Source of the DNA: Atractiella rhizophila
Lineage: Eukaryota
Direction: 5' to 3'
Assembly (NCBI GenBank): GCA_021432655.1
Contig: MU271406.1
Coordinates: forward strand, 51,785-71,784
DNA length: 20,000 nt
Positions 9,987 to 20,000 of this stretch are shown here, piece after piece (positions within the stretch are counted from its first letter, which is position 1; each line of letters opens with the position of its first letter). The translations under genes and the position numbers were made by a program. The notes beneath the pieces were generated by a model. The model was not told where the DNA came from and ran no database searches. It saw only the letters and a program-made list of their open reading frames with translations.

Positions 9987-11811
9987 ATGAGGAAGCTCCC
10001 TCTGTACGATGATGCTCAGTTGAGTATGCAAGAGTCTGGTGAAAAATTGCGAGTCCAGGATCCCAAGACTTCGTCAAAGCGAGGACGGCTGTTACTTACA
10101 GTCATCCTGGGGCTTTGCGTGCTTTACACTTGTATAGTTCCCTTTTCAGTATCCTGAAGGCGATGTAGTAACACTTTACAGATGCTGCCCAGATTTTCCC
10201 TTTGCGAGCATCTGGCAATGTAGCATCTCCCGATTTCTCCCATCTCGCGAGTATCTGCAGTTCTCTCCAACCCGTTTCGCTCTCAGAGTTCACTTCTCGC
10301 CGAGACGATCTTGTATCCATCCTTCAGAAGACTTCTTCAACCTCCGCTACGTCCTATAAATTGCCTTTATACCTCGCGGAACCTTCGCCCAACACGCTTT
10401 ATTACTTCAACATCACCCCTTCTTCTTGGGGTCTTAGTGAGCGACCCTTCATATCTATTGTCCTTCCTTCTTTTTCGGTGGAAGAAGGAGATAAGAGTCA
10501 ACTCGCCGTCCTCTCACCTGCTTTCGAGGTGTCTCGCGCTCAAAGACTTCCCTGGGCGAGGGCGGATTCTGAGACGGTGACCTTTGTGCCTTGGAAAGAT
10601 GATGAGGTGTCGTACGACGTGTTAATGGACTGGCTTGTCACATCAGCTCAGAAACATTCTGGAGGCAACGTTACTATTTCTACCTCAATCCATCATTCCT
10701 GAATAGAGCTGAGCAGATATTATTATAGGATATCGAAATTGTGCTGCAGCCTGATGAAAACGTCAGAAATTTTGTCCTCCATGGCTTGGAGGCAGCGGCA
10801 TCAAAGTACTCGAAGAAGAACTTATCGATCTCCATCCAATTCGTGGCGCAAGAAGTTCGCGAACAACGGATGCGCAAGAGCCCTGCAGAACTCGAACTGC
10901 TGCGTTGCGCCGAAAAGGTTGGTCGATAGCATTTCCTCCCCCGCGAACTTTTAAGTCGATGGTTGTGGGTAGGCGACACTCGCGTCCATACGAGAAGTCC
11001 GAAAACTTCTGAAGGTCGGAATGACTGAACTAGAAGCTGAAGCACTCATCCTTTCCGCTCTCCGCGCTGCTGGATTGACAAATCCAGCTGCGATCGTGCT
11101 ATTCGGAGGTGCGCTTTTCTTCCTCGCCCTCCAGGCACCATCCCACGTCTCGACTTCATTTGTTGATACGGCTGATGCAGAGAATGCCGCGCTCCCTCAC
11201 GCATCAGCGGGAACGAAAAAGCTGGAAGAAGGCGAATTCGCGCTGTTCGACCTCTGGGGACCTTTACATGGATACTACTCCGACCTTACCCGCACCGTGC
11301 TTCCTCCCTCCGTGCCAGTGGGCAAGCGGCCATCGAAAGAGCAGGAGACCGTGTGGAAGCTTGTGCAGAGAGCGCAGCAGAAAGCCGTCGAAATATTAGA
11401 GCAGGAGGGCGTGACTGCTGCTCAGGTCGATCGAGCTGCCAGGGGCGTGATTGAGGAACAAGGGCTGGGGGAATATTTCACGCATCGTGTGGGACATGGT
11501 CGGTTCCCTTTTCAGTGTTCTGGAATGTTTGGCTGAAGAGATGACTCTTCGTTAGGCATCGGTTTGGAGGTGCATGAAGCACCTTTTTTGACTTCAGCCA
11601 ACAAAGATGTATCCCTCCTCGCTGGGGAGACGTTCAGCGATGAACCTGGCGTTTACATTGAGGTTTATTTCTCTCTTCGCTCGGATGATTGACCCTAACT
11701 TTGAAATGAAAGGGTTATCTTGGAGTAAGGTTGGAGGATACGATTCTCAAGACCGACAATGGTTACGAGATTTTGTCCGGAGGATTCGCTGTGAGCCCAT
11801 GGGAGCCGTAG
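9987..11811 (+). CDS. M24 family metallopeptidase (Xaa-Pro aminopeptidase/dipeptidase-like) with N-terminal signal anchor, 7 exons
   Basis: Motifs QRMRKSPAELELLR, FGENAALPH, FDLWG...YYSDLTRT, FTHRVGHGIGLEVHEAP, FSDEPGVYIEG and GVRLEDTI supply the D, D, H, E, E metal ligands. It ends SPWEP* with TAG at 11809-11811. The first exon from ATG 9987 encodes KRGRLLLTVILGLCVLYTYAA across intron 10132..10181. Confidence 0.9.
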
Positions 11812-11927
11812 TATGAAGGAAAACGCAATGTATTGCTGAAAGCTCTTTGCATGAGCACAATGAAGATACAGAGTTTTCAAATATCTTCATTCATCCTTGA
11901 TTGTATTGCAATCTTACATTGAAGGTT

Positions 11928-13148
11928 TCACTCGTCGAAAGGACGAACAACAAGCTTCATCCCGCTGACCTGCTGTTTTCGCAGTCGGTCCACTCCATCC
12001 GCGATACCACCGATACCTCCCGGAATGATTTCGTAGCGATTGCCCTGTGACTTCGATCAGCATCTTTCTGTAAACTGAAGGAAGGACCAACCACGAGGAT
12101 TTTCTTCTTCAACAATTCAGGGACGGCCGTCAGAGCATATTTGGTGATCTTCGCCCTTTGATAAGCGCCGAAGACGTTGCATACATTCTTCTTTTCCTTC
12201 TTAAGCCTATCCTCGATCCCTTCCTGAAAACGAATGTTGGCGTTCAACCACCCGCCCTCTTCCTTTAAACAGTCGAGTGACGCATTTTGGGATTCTGAAG
12301 TGCCAAGGGCGTCGACAACGATATCAAACTGAGAGAGGGAGGAGGAAAGATCAGGAAGAGAGACGGTGAAGCGGTCGAGGACTTTGGTAGCTCCAAGGGA
12401 GGTGAGATAGGCTGCATGCTTGTTCGAACCGTAGGCTGTAATATCTGAGAAACCGAGGAATTTGAGGACCTGGATCGCTATTTGAACGGAACATTTAGCT
12501 TATTGCTAGACGACGAGAATAAGGGAATACATACAGAATTGTCCAATGGAGGTGCTACCACCAATCACCAACGCAGTTTTACCCTTACAAGGTCCATCCA
12601 TAGAGAAAGTCGGGTTCAGTCCCAAACCGTGAGGGACTTCATCCATCAATCCGATTATGACAGTTGCTGAGCAAATAGGAAGCGTTGCAGCCTCTTCGAA
12701 GCTCACATTGTCTGGAATCTGCAGTGCTCGAAGGTCAGTCTCCGGATCACCCAAGTACTGAACGAGCACTTACTCGAACCAAGGCATCTGTCTTGTAAGC
12801 AAAATATTGCTGAAATGCGCCACCCATCGTTCCAACCATCCTGATTGCGAGGTTAGTTATTGTTGTGCGTTTGTAGATTAAAAGGGCTCACACTCTGTCA
12901 CCAACCTTGAAATCCTTCACGTCCTCTCCCACTTCATCGACGACCCCAGCGATATCTCCTCCTAGAACATAGGGGTAAGAAGGAATATAAACGTTGGAGT
13001 CATGCATCTTCCAATCCATAGGATTCAAACCAGCCGCTTGAATCTTGATGAGCACTTCGTCCTTCGCAGGCGTAGGGACGTCGATGGTCTGCACTACGAA
13101 ACCACCATGAACGACGGGAGTGACGGCTGCTTTCTGAGTAGTTGGCAT
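11928..13148 (-). CDS. Zinc-independent medium-chain dehydrogenase/reductase (enoyl-reductase-like, YNL134C/YLR460C/ToxD type), 5 exons
   Basis: GroES-like N-domain EVLIKIQAAGLNPMDWK...VLGGDIAGVVDEVGEDVKDFKVGDRV, then IPDNVSFEEAATLP, the nucleotide-binding VIGGSTSIGQF, and the C-terminus GGIGGIADGVDRLRKQQVSGMKLVVRP with stop at 11928-11930. The C..D.H / GHE zinc motif is absent. Confidence 0.9.
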
Positions 13149-13885
13149 CTTGAATTGCTGTTTGCTTTTTGATTGTCAACTTCTTCGAATTTGAGGAATT
13201 GTTGTCTGATTTCGCCAGCAATTCACACCTCCTTTTATCCTCCTCTGGAGCTCCATTATCGCTGCCTGCGCTGTGGAATTCACCCTAAGCTGGAACGCGA
13301 CACAAGCGCCGACAAATTGTGGAGGGCTGAGGTAAGTGCTTCTCCGAAGTCGGCGTGGCAGAAATTCTGGATCAGGATCCTGGTAGTGCGTATGCGTGGA
13401 GCTCAGCGCGAGCGTCGGCCGCGATTCGGTGCTCTGGAGCAGGAACTCATCACGATTCCTGCGGGTCGGGGACGGTGAGAGTGGTCGGAGAGAAAAGCGA
13501 GCAAAAGTAACGAGTCCGAGCTGATTGAGCCAATTGGAGAGTGCTTGCACCATCTACAGCTTATGAGAAGTTCATATGCCTGGCACCTTTCGTCAAGGAA
13601 GTGAGCTAACCCTTTATTTCCTGGTAGCAAAGGGAAAATGAGCAACTAGCCTGAGACTCGATGGCGCGCATACTTCTGTGGCTTTCACAAAGCACCAGAC
13701 GCTGACATGTATTGAAATCTAACATTCCGTGAAATGAATCGTTGTAACAATTCTTTGTGAAGCATCAGATCATCAGAAGCAAGTTGGCTGTTATTGTTTC
13801 CAGAATGGACGGATAGTCAACCAGAACTAAACTACGTGCTCACTTCCGATTCACACGAACAACGTCCCTGCGAGGTTACGCGCCA

Positions 13886-14564
13886 ATGAAATTTTGGGAA
13901 AACGATGGTCCTTCCCTCGCGCGTCGCATCAGCCTCAAGGTCACCCACCCAACACCTTCCAGCACGCTCTACACGGTGACACAACTGCGCTCCACCCCGT
14001 TGGCCTGGGTTGGACTCACAGTTGCCTTGTTGTTTATCTGGGTACGGTCATTCTGGGTTGCAGGCATCATTGGCGCATATAGCATCTACTATGCTTTCAC
14101 AGGGCGTAAACGGACGTGTAAGCTCTCCATTCAACCCCTTATGCTTCTAGATGTCAGTTGACATAAGTTGGTATGCACGAAGCTACCCTCCTCCTCCTTC
14201 CCTCTCTCGGCGTCCAACTCTCCACGAAGCCCATTCTCATTCCAATATCTCACATACGCGCCGCACACCTCAACGAAGTAGTTCATGGTTGGAAAGTGAT
14301 TTGGGTCCTGGTGCTCGTTCTGCAGCGTCCAGAAGGTGAGGAAGGCGAGACGGAGCTTGTGGTTGTTTTCGAGGTGCGTCTTCTCTCTGATAGTGTAGGA
14401 GGAGATTGTTCTGGTTTTGAGATTGCTTAACGGAGATGAGAGTGATATACCTTTGTGGGAGGTAGGATATTAAACCGCCGCTCAAGGTTTTGGTCACGGT
14501 GTGGAAGGATTTGAAGCTTGCCATTGAGGATGGAGCGTCAAGAAACAATCAAAATACCGGCTGA
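13886..14564 (+). CDS. GPI15: GPI-GlcNAc transferase complex subunit H (PIG-H/Gpi15), 3 exons
   Basis: Two N-terminal hydrophobic segments, then EATLLLLPSLGVQLST...IPISHIRAAHLNEVVHGWKVIWVLVLV...ELVVVFEDIKPPLKVLVTVWKDL, which matches the PIG-H pattern. Introns 14118..14167 (GTAAGC..AAG) and 14374..14465; TGA at 14562-14564. Confidence 0.8.
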
Positions 14565-15255
14565 TGCTCAGGGATCCATGTTAAAGCTTCGTGAAGCTCG
14601 TCACTGGAGCGGAGCTACTGACAGCTCATTGCGATAAGATGACTATCCATTCTATGGGTAGAGGGAACTCAGGTTTCCTCCGGCTGCATCTCTCCGCTGC
14701 TGATAGGAAAACATGGGAAAGGAGATTGCATGAAGAGTAATTTGGGTATTGAGGAACAACTGCTTTATTGGTCATGTAACACGGAGGTCAGTTTTACGTG
14801 CTGTAACATTGTCACGCGTTTCGCTCTTACTTGACTCTCGAAAACGCTTCAACATCTTCTGCTTGAAGCCTTCTTGTTTACGTGTGCCCTTTTCATCCAA
14901 AGTCAAAACCATTAACTTACAGTCACTGTTCCCAGCCTTGCTCTTTGTTCGCAGGAAGAACGAGTCGAAGCAGGCTATTGCGAACCAGTTTGCAGCATGA
15001 AGCTCTCGATGTGCTGCGTATAGAGTTCATTGGCATGCAAAGTTGGATCGCAAACCAGTTGAAATATCAACAAGCTAGTCCTAGGATACTGTTACGAAAG
15101 TTACTTGAAGTGGTAATGCTCTAGTATGAACGACGTTCCACGGTTACATCATCAAACACATTCTATAGCGACAAACTCCACAAGCATCAAGCCCGAGGTT
15201 CAACCAGCCAACTCAGAGTACACACAACAATGGTGCAGTGAGGGACCAAGCAACT

Positions 15256-16954
15256 TCAGACCTCGTAGCTTTGCCCATTCGAAGCAAGCTCTCCTTTCTT
15301 CTCGTGAAACGAAGGCGGAGAAGAATGTACACGATCGAGCTGTACCGACTGTTCCAGGACGTCGGTTTGCTGCACTGACATCTTGGTAACCTTGGGTTTT
15401 CTCAGCTCACTTTCATAAAGACGAAGCGCACACGACGTACAAAGATTTGGTCATGGAGTGCGCATCTCGAGAGATTTCGGGAAGGTGGCATGTTCCCCTT
15501 TTCGTGGCTTCGGCTTGTGGAAGAGGGATTGGTGTTGGCCGCCAGCGCAGCCTCATACAGAACCAGGGCTGCGATCACGTAGAGCTACGTATACCCTTGT
15601 TCATCAGCAACACGTATTGTGACAGAAACACTGATTTGACCTTTCCAATAAAATACCCGATTGCTCCCCACCACCCTGAGCGCTTCAGGCAGCCGTCAGT
15701 GGTTTGCTGCGCGAGAAAGGATTGACAAACTGGCTTGATAATAATAAAGAGCAGTTCCAAGACCTAGGCTCTGTAAGCTTGGAAGACTTCAAAGGATTGT
15801 CAACACACCTGTGCTATTGTTGGTATGAGTCCAGTCTCAAGTGTCAGCTTGCTAAAGACGCGTTGAGCCACAACATTATCGCAGATAAAGCCTGAGAGCC
15901 GCACATGAACTATGTCATGGAACTTTGTCAGCTTAGAACCAAGTGTCAAGGAGAAGCGCACCTTTCTAGCCATGGAGTTGGTGCTGTCGAAATCCGATTT
16001 CGTTCTGTGTTGTTGGAGATGATAAACCATGCAAGCACATAGGATCACATCTACCGCTGATGCACCTAGCCATCACGAATTTAAAAGTGTCCACTAGGAA
16101 GAAAGAAGGAAACGAACAGCTCAGGGCTATGATCCCTGGAGCGAACAGACGTGGGAAGTAGTTGATGATCGGTTGAGCCTGAACAATGGCAGCGAGGGTG
16201 AAGGCGACGAGCTGTTGCAGGTTGTGAGCTTCGTCTTGAAATATTCAAGATGATTTACAGAAGCGATTATCAACACTCCTGCCAGACAGAGACACCTGCA
16301 CTCCTGTAAGTTCGAATTCAACCCAACGGGTGTGTCGTACCCATATGTGACGACCCTCGCCCGACGATGGGACGGGTTGAACTTTGCCCCAATACCCCTT
16401 GATAAAAAGTGACCGACTTCAGAGGTCAAACTTGATGATAAGAGAAGCGACGAACCCCATGATCCGCAAGATGCGGTAGATGTAAAGCAATTGGACGAAC
16501 ACTACTACAATACCTTGAAAGATTGCGGTTGCGACTTATCAACCAGAATTAGAGAGTCCATAATGTGAGGCCACGAGAAAACTTACTGAATGTCCGATCA
16601 ACAGGTTTGACAAACAGGAGTACCCCATCAAGAGCAGCACCCTGCATGTAGTTGACGAAAAGAATCAACTTGTTGATGCTGTCTCCGACATCAACGGCCT
16701 GGGAGAGAAGGAGAGTATGGAAACACCTACGTGTCTGCGAGACTGAGCCAGAAGAGGACCATCAAGACCCACCAAGACCTCGAGTACCAGGTCCCGCGTT
16801 CATGCATGAGCTTGAACACTTGCAAGAACTGATGGACTGATATCCCGAACAGGATGGAACCGATAGAAGCACCGACGACGACGGGCATAATGTGAAGTCG
16901 GTACTCCTCTGTCGTCCATTGCACGAAAGTCTGAACAGGTGCCTCGCTGCTCAT
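15256..16954 (-). CDS. Multi-pass membrane protein with DUF6534-like C-terminal region (about 12 short exons)
   Basis: Spliced: MSSEAPV...GASIGSILFGISVHQ...LSLADTINKL...IVVVFVQLLYIYRI...ASAVDVILCACMVYHLQQHRTKSDFDSTNSMARKFIKLTLETGLIPTIAQVLELLFIII...GYFIGKLYVIAAL..., then a polar tail ending SYEV*. The LFG..Q, VQ.FY..RI, D.L....M.Y.L, ETGL and KLY motifs match the basidiomycete DUF6534 7TM-like family. Confidence 0.8.
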
Positions 16955-18501
16955 GTTTGCCACCAACGATCAGAAAGCAAAAAGAGAACAGATTTTCAGA
17001 TTGAGGACAGCTCCCCATCTTAAAGAGTAATCGCAGGCATAGCAGGGAGAAGCAGGGGAAGAAGGTGTTCAACCGCCTCGGCACTTACTCGCTTCATAGC
17101 GCGTCGATGAGAACTTCGACTGTCGTCAGGATAATAACTGAGTGCCAGCGCCACGTCCGGGTAGATTCCGCTTATGGCCTGCCGCGCTCTGTCATTTGGT
17201 TGAGATGAGGAGATGTGAATGCAATGTGCGCGGGTATCAACGCCGGAATTCAGCAATTTAGGCGTCTTCGAGCTCTTGACGAACCTCAAGCCGATCCGAT
17301 TCTTTTTCTTTAAGGATCCGACTGTTCTCAAGAGTGGAGAGGGGAGCATTCGATGTTCGACTCTCGGACGAAAATTGGAAAAAATGGGTATTTAGAACCT
17401 TCAGATTTAGCGCCTGTTAACTGGCGCTCTTTGACCTCTCTGTTTGTTCTTGCTGCGGTCGGCAACTTGAAGAATGGAGATTGGTGGAGCAATTCTCTCT
17501 CTTCTCATGCTACATAGGAGAGCAAGTTCATCAGTCAACTGCCAGTGAGGCGAAGATGTTATTTGACACCGCATCGAGACTCTCAAACAAGTAGATGTTA
17601 GATAACTGGTAAATACCGTCCTCTAAGAGCCAGTCGCGGACGTTCTTCCTCCACCTCAACTTGAAGCTCCTACTTCTCCTCCGCAATCCGTGTCCGTTAT
17701 ACGAACATTATGCGGAACTCTAAGCGCACAATTGGCCGTCCACGAAGCCATGGGCAAGAGTACCTTTGAATCAAAGGAATCAAAGGAACAATAGATTGAT
17801 CGGTTCCTTCGAATGGAATGGGACAGGGAAGGGCGGGAAAAAACCTCAGTTACCGCTTGATCAATTGAGCCGGTCCAAAAACAAAGTGATCACCTTGGAA
17901 GTCCAGGAAGGGATGTGTTGTGAGCATACGGCTGGCATTGCGTGGTAGAGGATTCCACCTTCACAAAGAGAAACAAGTAGGATGAAACACGGGACCTGAA
18001 AGAGGAGTTGAAGGAGGAGTTAGGATGGTGATACCATCGGTTCTCCAGAAGTAGGCTTTGACTGCTCCATGGATTCCTTAAGACCTTACACGTCTGTGGA
18101 CTCTGGACCACGCATTCACGCTGCATGTCTAAAGCATGTTCTAGCATCATCCGCCACCATACTTGCACCGTTGTAGAACAGGGCGCGCCGATTCCAGTTT
18201 TAGCGTGTCATATAAGCTTGTTGACGTCTCAGACATACTAGGCCTGCAATCAGACGCTGTGCTCTTCTCCCTTCTCCCCAAGTCGGAGCGCCAGTTGCCA
18301 AGAACAATGGCAACGATGCCATACAAAGAAGGTAAGGTAAGGTGGCAGGATTGATCCAGGGACGTTGTCCTCGATGTCCTCCTAGACCTTGCAGTTCCTG
18401 AAACGGACAAAGCAGACGCTCCAGAATGTGAAGCCCTTCAGGCAGGTTGAGAGAACCCAACTTTTCGAGTCGAACTAAGTTGAACAGACTCCTGCGATTC
18501 T

Positions 18502-18958
18502 TTACTTCACGACTTTTTTTGCTTCATACCGAACAACCACGAACTCCTCACAACCTTCCTCCTCATCTGCAACCCAGGGACCATGTTTCATCCCTGGGGG
18601 TCGACAGCAATAATCTCCTTTTCCGAACCACTGCTTCAATGCTGTTCCCCGATTGATCGAAGGAGTGAGCCAAGCGGTTCGCTCAGGATAACACTGATTT
18701 TTGAAGAGACGGAGACTCACTCAAGTCGTATAAACGACCACGAAGAATCAAGCACTCCTCCCAATACTCATGCACCGTCCCCTCTCCCACTTCACCACCC
18801 CAACGACTGGAAGGGGGATGGACGAGTATGAGCGATTTATCTCCTGTCGTGGGGTCATCGGAGAGCAACCGTTGGTGGGCTCCGGTGGGATCGGAAGGAT
18901 CGAGAGGAGTGAGTGGGAGGGAGGAGGTCGGAAAGAACTCAAGAGTCGGTTTGACCAT
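18502..18958 (-). CDS. ChrR-like cupin domain protein (2 exons)
   Basis: MVKPTLEFFPTSSLP...LLSDDPTTGDKSLIL...VHEYWEECLILRGRLYDLT|LKQWFGKGDYCCRPPGMKHGPW...EGCEEFVVVRY. Intron 18642..18720 (GTGAGT..ACAG). Cupin H...EE and P.G..H motifs are present. Confidence 0.85.
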
Positions 18959-19038
18959 CTTCAGATAGCGGAATGGAGGTTGGCTGGCGGAGCTCTCTTG
19001 CCTTTCACTTTGATGATACAAATTGCTTAGATCTGGGC

Positions 19039-19069
19039 TGAGTAATTAGTTAGTAATCTGCTTACATCA
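19039..19069. promoter_or_regulatory. Cluster of Yap1/AP-1-like bZIP motifs in a divergent promoter
   Basis: TGAGTAA (19039-45), TTAGTAA (19050-56) and TTACATCA (19062-69) fall within 31 nt of the 213-nt cupin/HAD intergenic region. Confidence 0.45.
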
Positions 19070-19171
19070 CAGACGGGAACATGCGAGTCCTGACCTGAAG
19101 AATACCATCCATATTATTTTCCTTTGTCCTGCGATATTCCTGGCGGTATCTCTGTTGTCGCCAAGATCATC

Positions 19172-20000
19172 ATGACCAGCGCTTCCACTCCTCCCGCAGT
19201 ACTCACGTCTAAAGTCCTCCTCTTCGACCTTGTTCGTCTCCTCTTCCATCTCGCTCTCCTACTACAGTAGTATCTTAGCAGAAAACAGATGGGGACCGTG
19301 ACGGATTGGCACTCCCACATCTCCTCCACCCTCACCTCGTCCTCTGTACTCCCTTCCACCCTCTCCCCCTCCTCCTTCGCCCTCCGCTGGCGAGAATGTT
19401 TCTTCACCCTCGCGCATTCCATCGCGGCTGATCCTACCGTGGGGTCGTTGGACGACATTGATGCCATGCATACACGAGCATTGGAGGTGGTGCTGAGAGA
19501 GGAAGGTGTCGACTTGTCGGAGGAGATGAAGAAGGAGCTAGTTAGAGCTTGGCATGGTCAGAAGGGGTGGGAGGGAAGCGCTGATGGGCTAGAACGCCTC
19601 AGGAAAGGGGGGTATATCGTGTAGGTTGCTTGGTAATCAAAAAGACTATTGACCAAGGTCGCGAGGAAGAGCGGTGTTGGCAAATGGATCGACGAGGTAC
19701 CAAATTGACGACGTGCGTCGTCGATTCTTCCTATTCGAGAACCCAACCGTTTGAATGTACACTGAGAAACCCGACGACTAGGCTAGAGCAGGTGAACTGG
19801 AATTCGATATGCTCTTCTCGTCACAACTTCTGCAATCCGTCAAGGTCCGCCTTTTGCGTCTTCCATTTCTACGATTAGAAAAGGAGAGAGTGACTGCGTG
19901 AACAGCCGAGAAAGGAGATGTACCTCCGCGCGCTTGAACTCCTCAACGTGAAACCAGAGGAGGCGACGATGGTTGCTGCCCATGCCTACGACTTGGATGC
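19172..20000 (+). CDS. HAD-superfamily haloacid dehalogenase type II-like hydrolase (truncated by window end)
   Basis: KVLLFDL|MGTVTDWH (motif I, intron 19232..19288), LVRAWHGQKGWEGSADGLERLR, AVLANGSTR (motif II), FDMLFSSQLLQSVK|PRKEMYLRALELL (motif III) and MVAAHAYDLDA (motif IV). Confidence 0.9.

Noticed and set aside
11928..13148. MDR gene as a LovC-type trans-enoyl reductase of a polyketide cluster
   Set aside because: No PKS/NRPS in the window, and stand-alone members of this family are common.
13173..13645. ORFs of 101, 125 and 80 aa between the MDR gene and PIG-H
   Set aside because: They overlap on both strands with no motifs or splice pattern, and best fit a divergent promoter region.
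14749..15250. Short + strand ORFs between PIG-H and the membrane protein
   Set aside because: No family signal; likely convergent 3' UTR or intergenic sequence.
17763..17793. Palindrome CCTTTGA-A-TCAAAGG with a GAATCAAAG direct repeat (HMG-box-like sites)
   Set aside because: Explained by one 9-nt slippage duplication; too short to assign a function.
1..20000. CRISPR arrays, rRNA/tRNA genes, prokaryotic systems
   Set aside because: No spaced repeats or RNA-gene signatures were seen, and the genes have spliceosomal introns.

Overview
Gene-dense eukaryotic DNA with many short (about 45-90 nt) GT-AG introns. It looks like a basidiomycete fungus, inferred from the intron style and a DUF6534-type membrane protein. 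In order, the window holds: an orphan low-complexity protein (+); protein farnesyltransferase beta subunit (-); a ~1.9 kb tandem duplication with two protein-identical WrbA/flavodoxin-like NAD(P)H:quinone oxidoreductase genes (-), joined by an A16 tract at a microhomology; a membrane-anchored M24 Xaa-Pro peptidase (+); a zinc-free MDR enoyl/quinone-reductase-like gene (-); PIG-H/GPI15 (+); a multi-exon DUF6534-like membrane protein (-); and a divergent ChrR-like cupin (-) / HAD type II haloacid-dehalogenase-like (+) pair whose shared promoter has clustered Yap1-type bZIP motifs. I see no RNA genes, CRISPR arrays or recognisable transposons. The most unusual feature is the duplication junction. 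I cannot support a wholly new biological system from the sequence alone. All gene models were spliced by eye and family calls come from motif recognition, not database searches.
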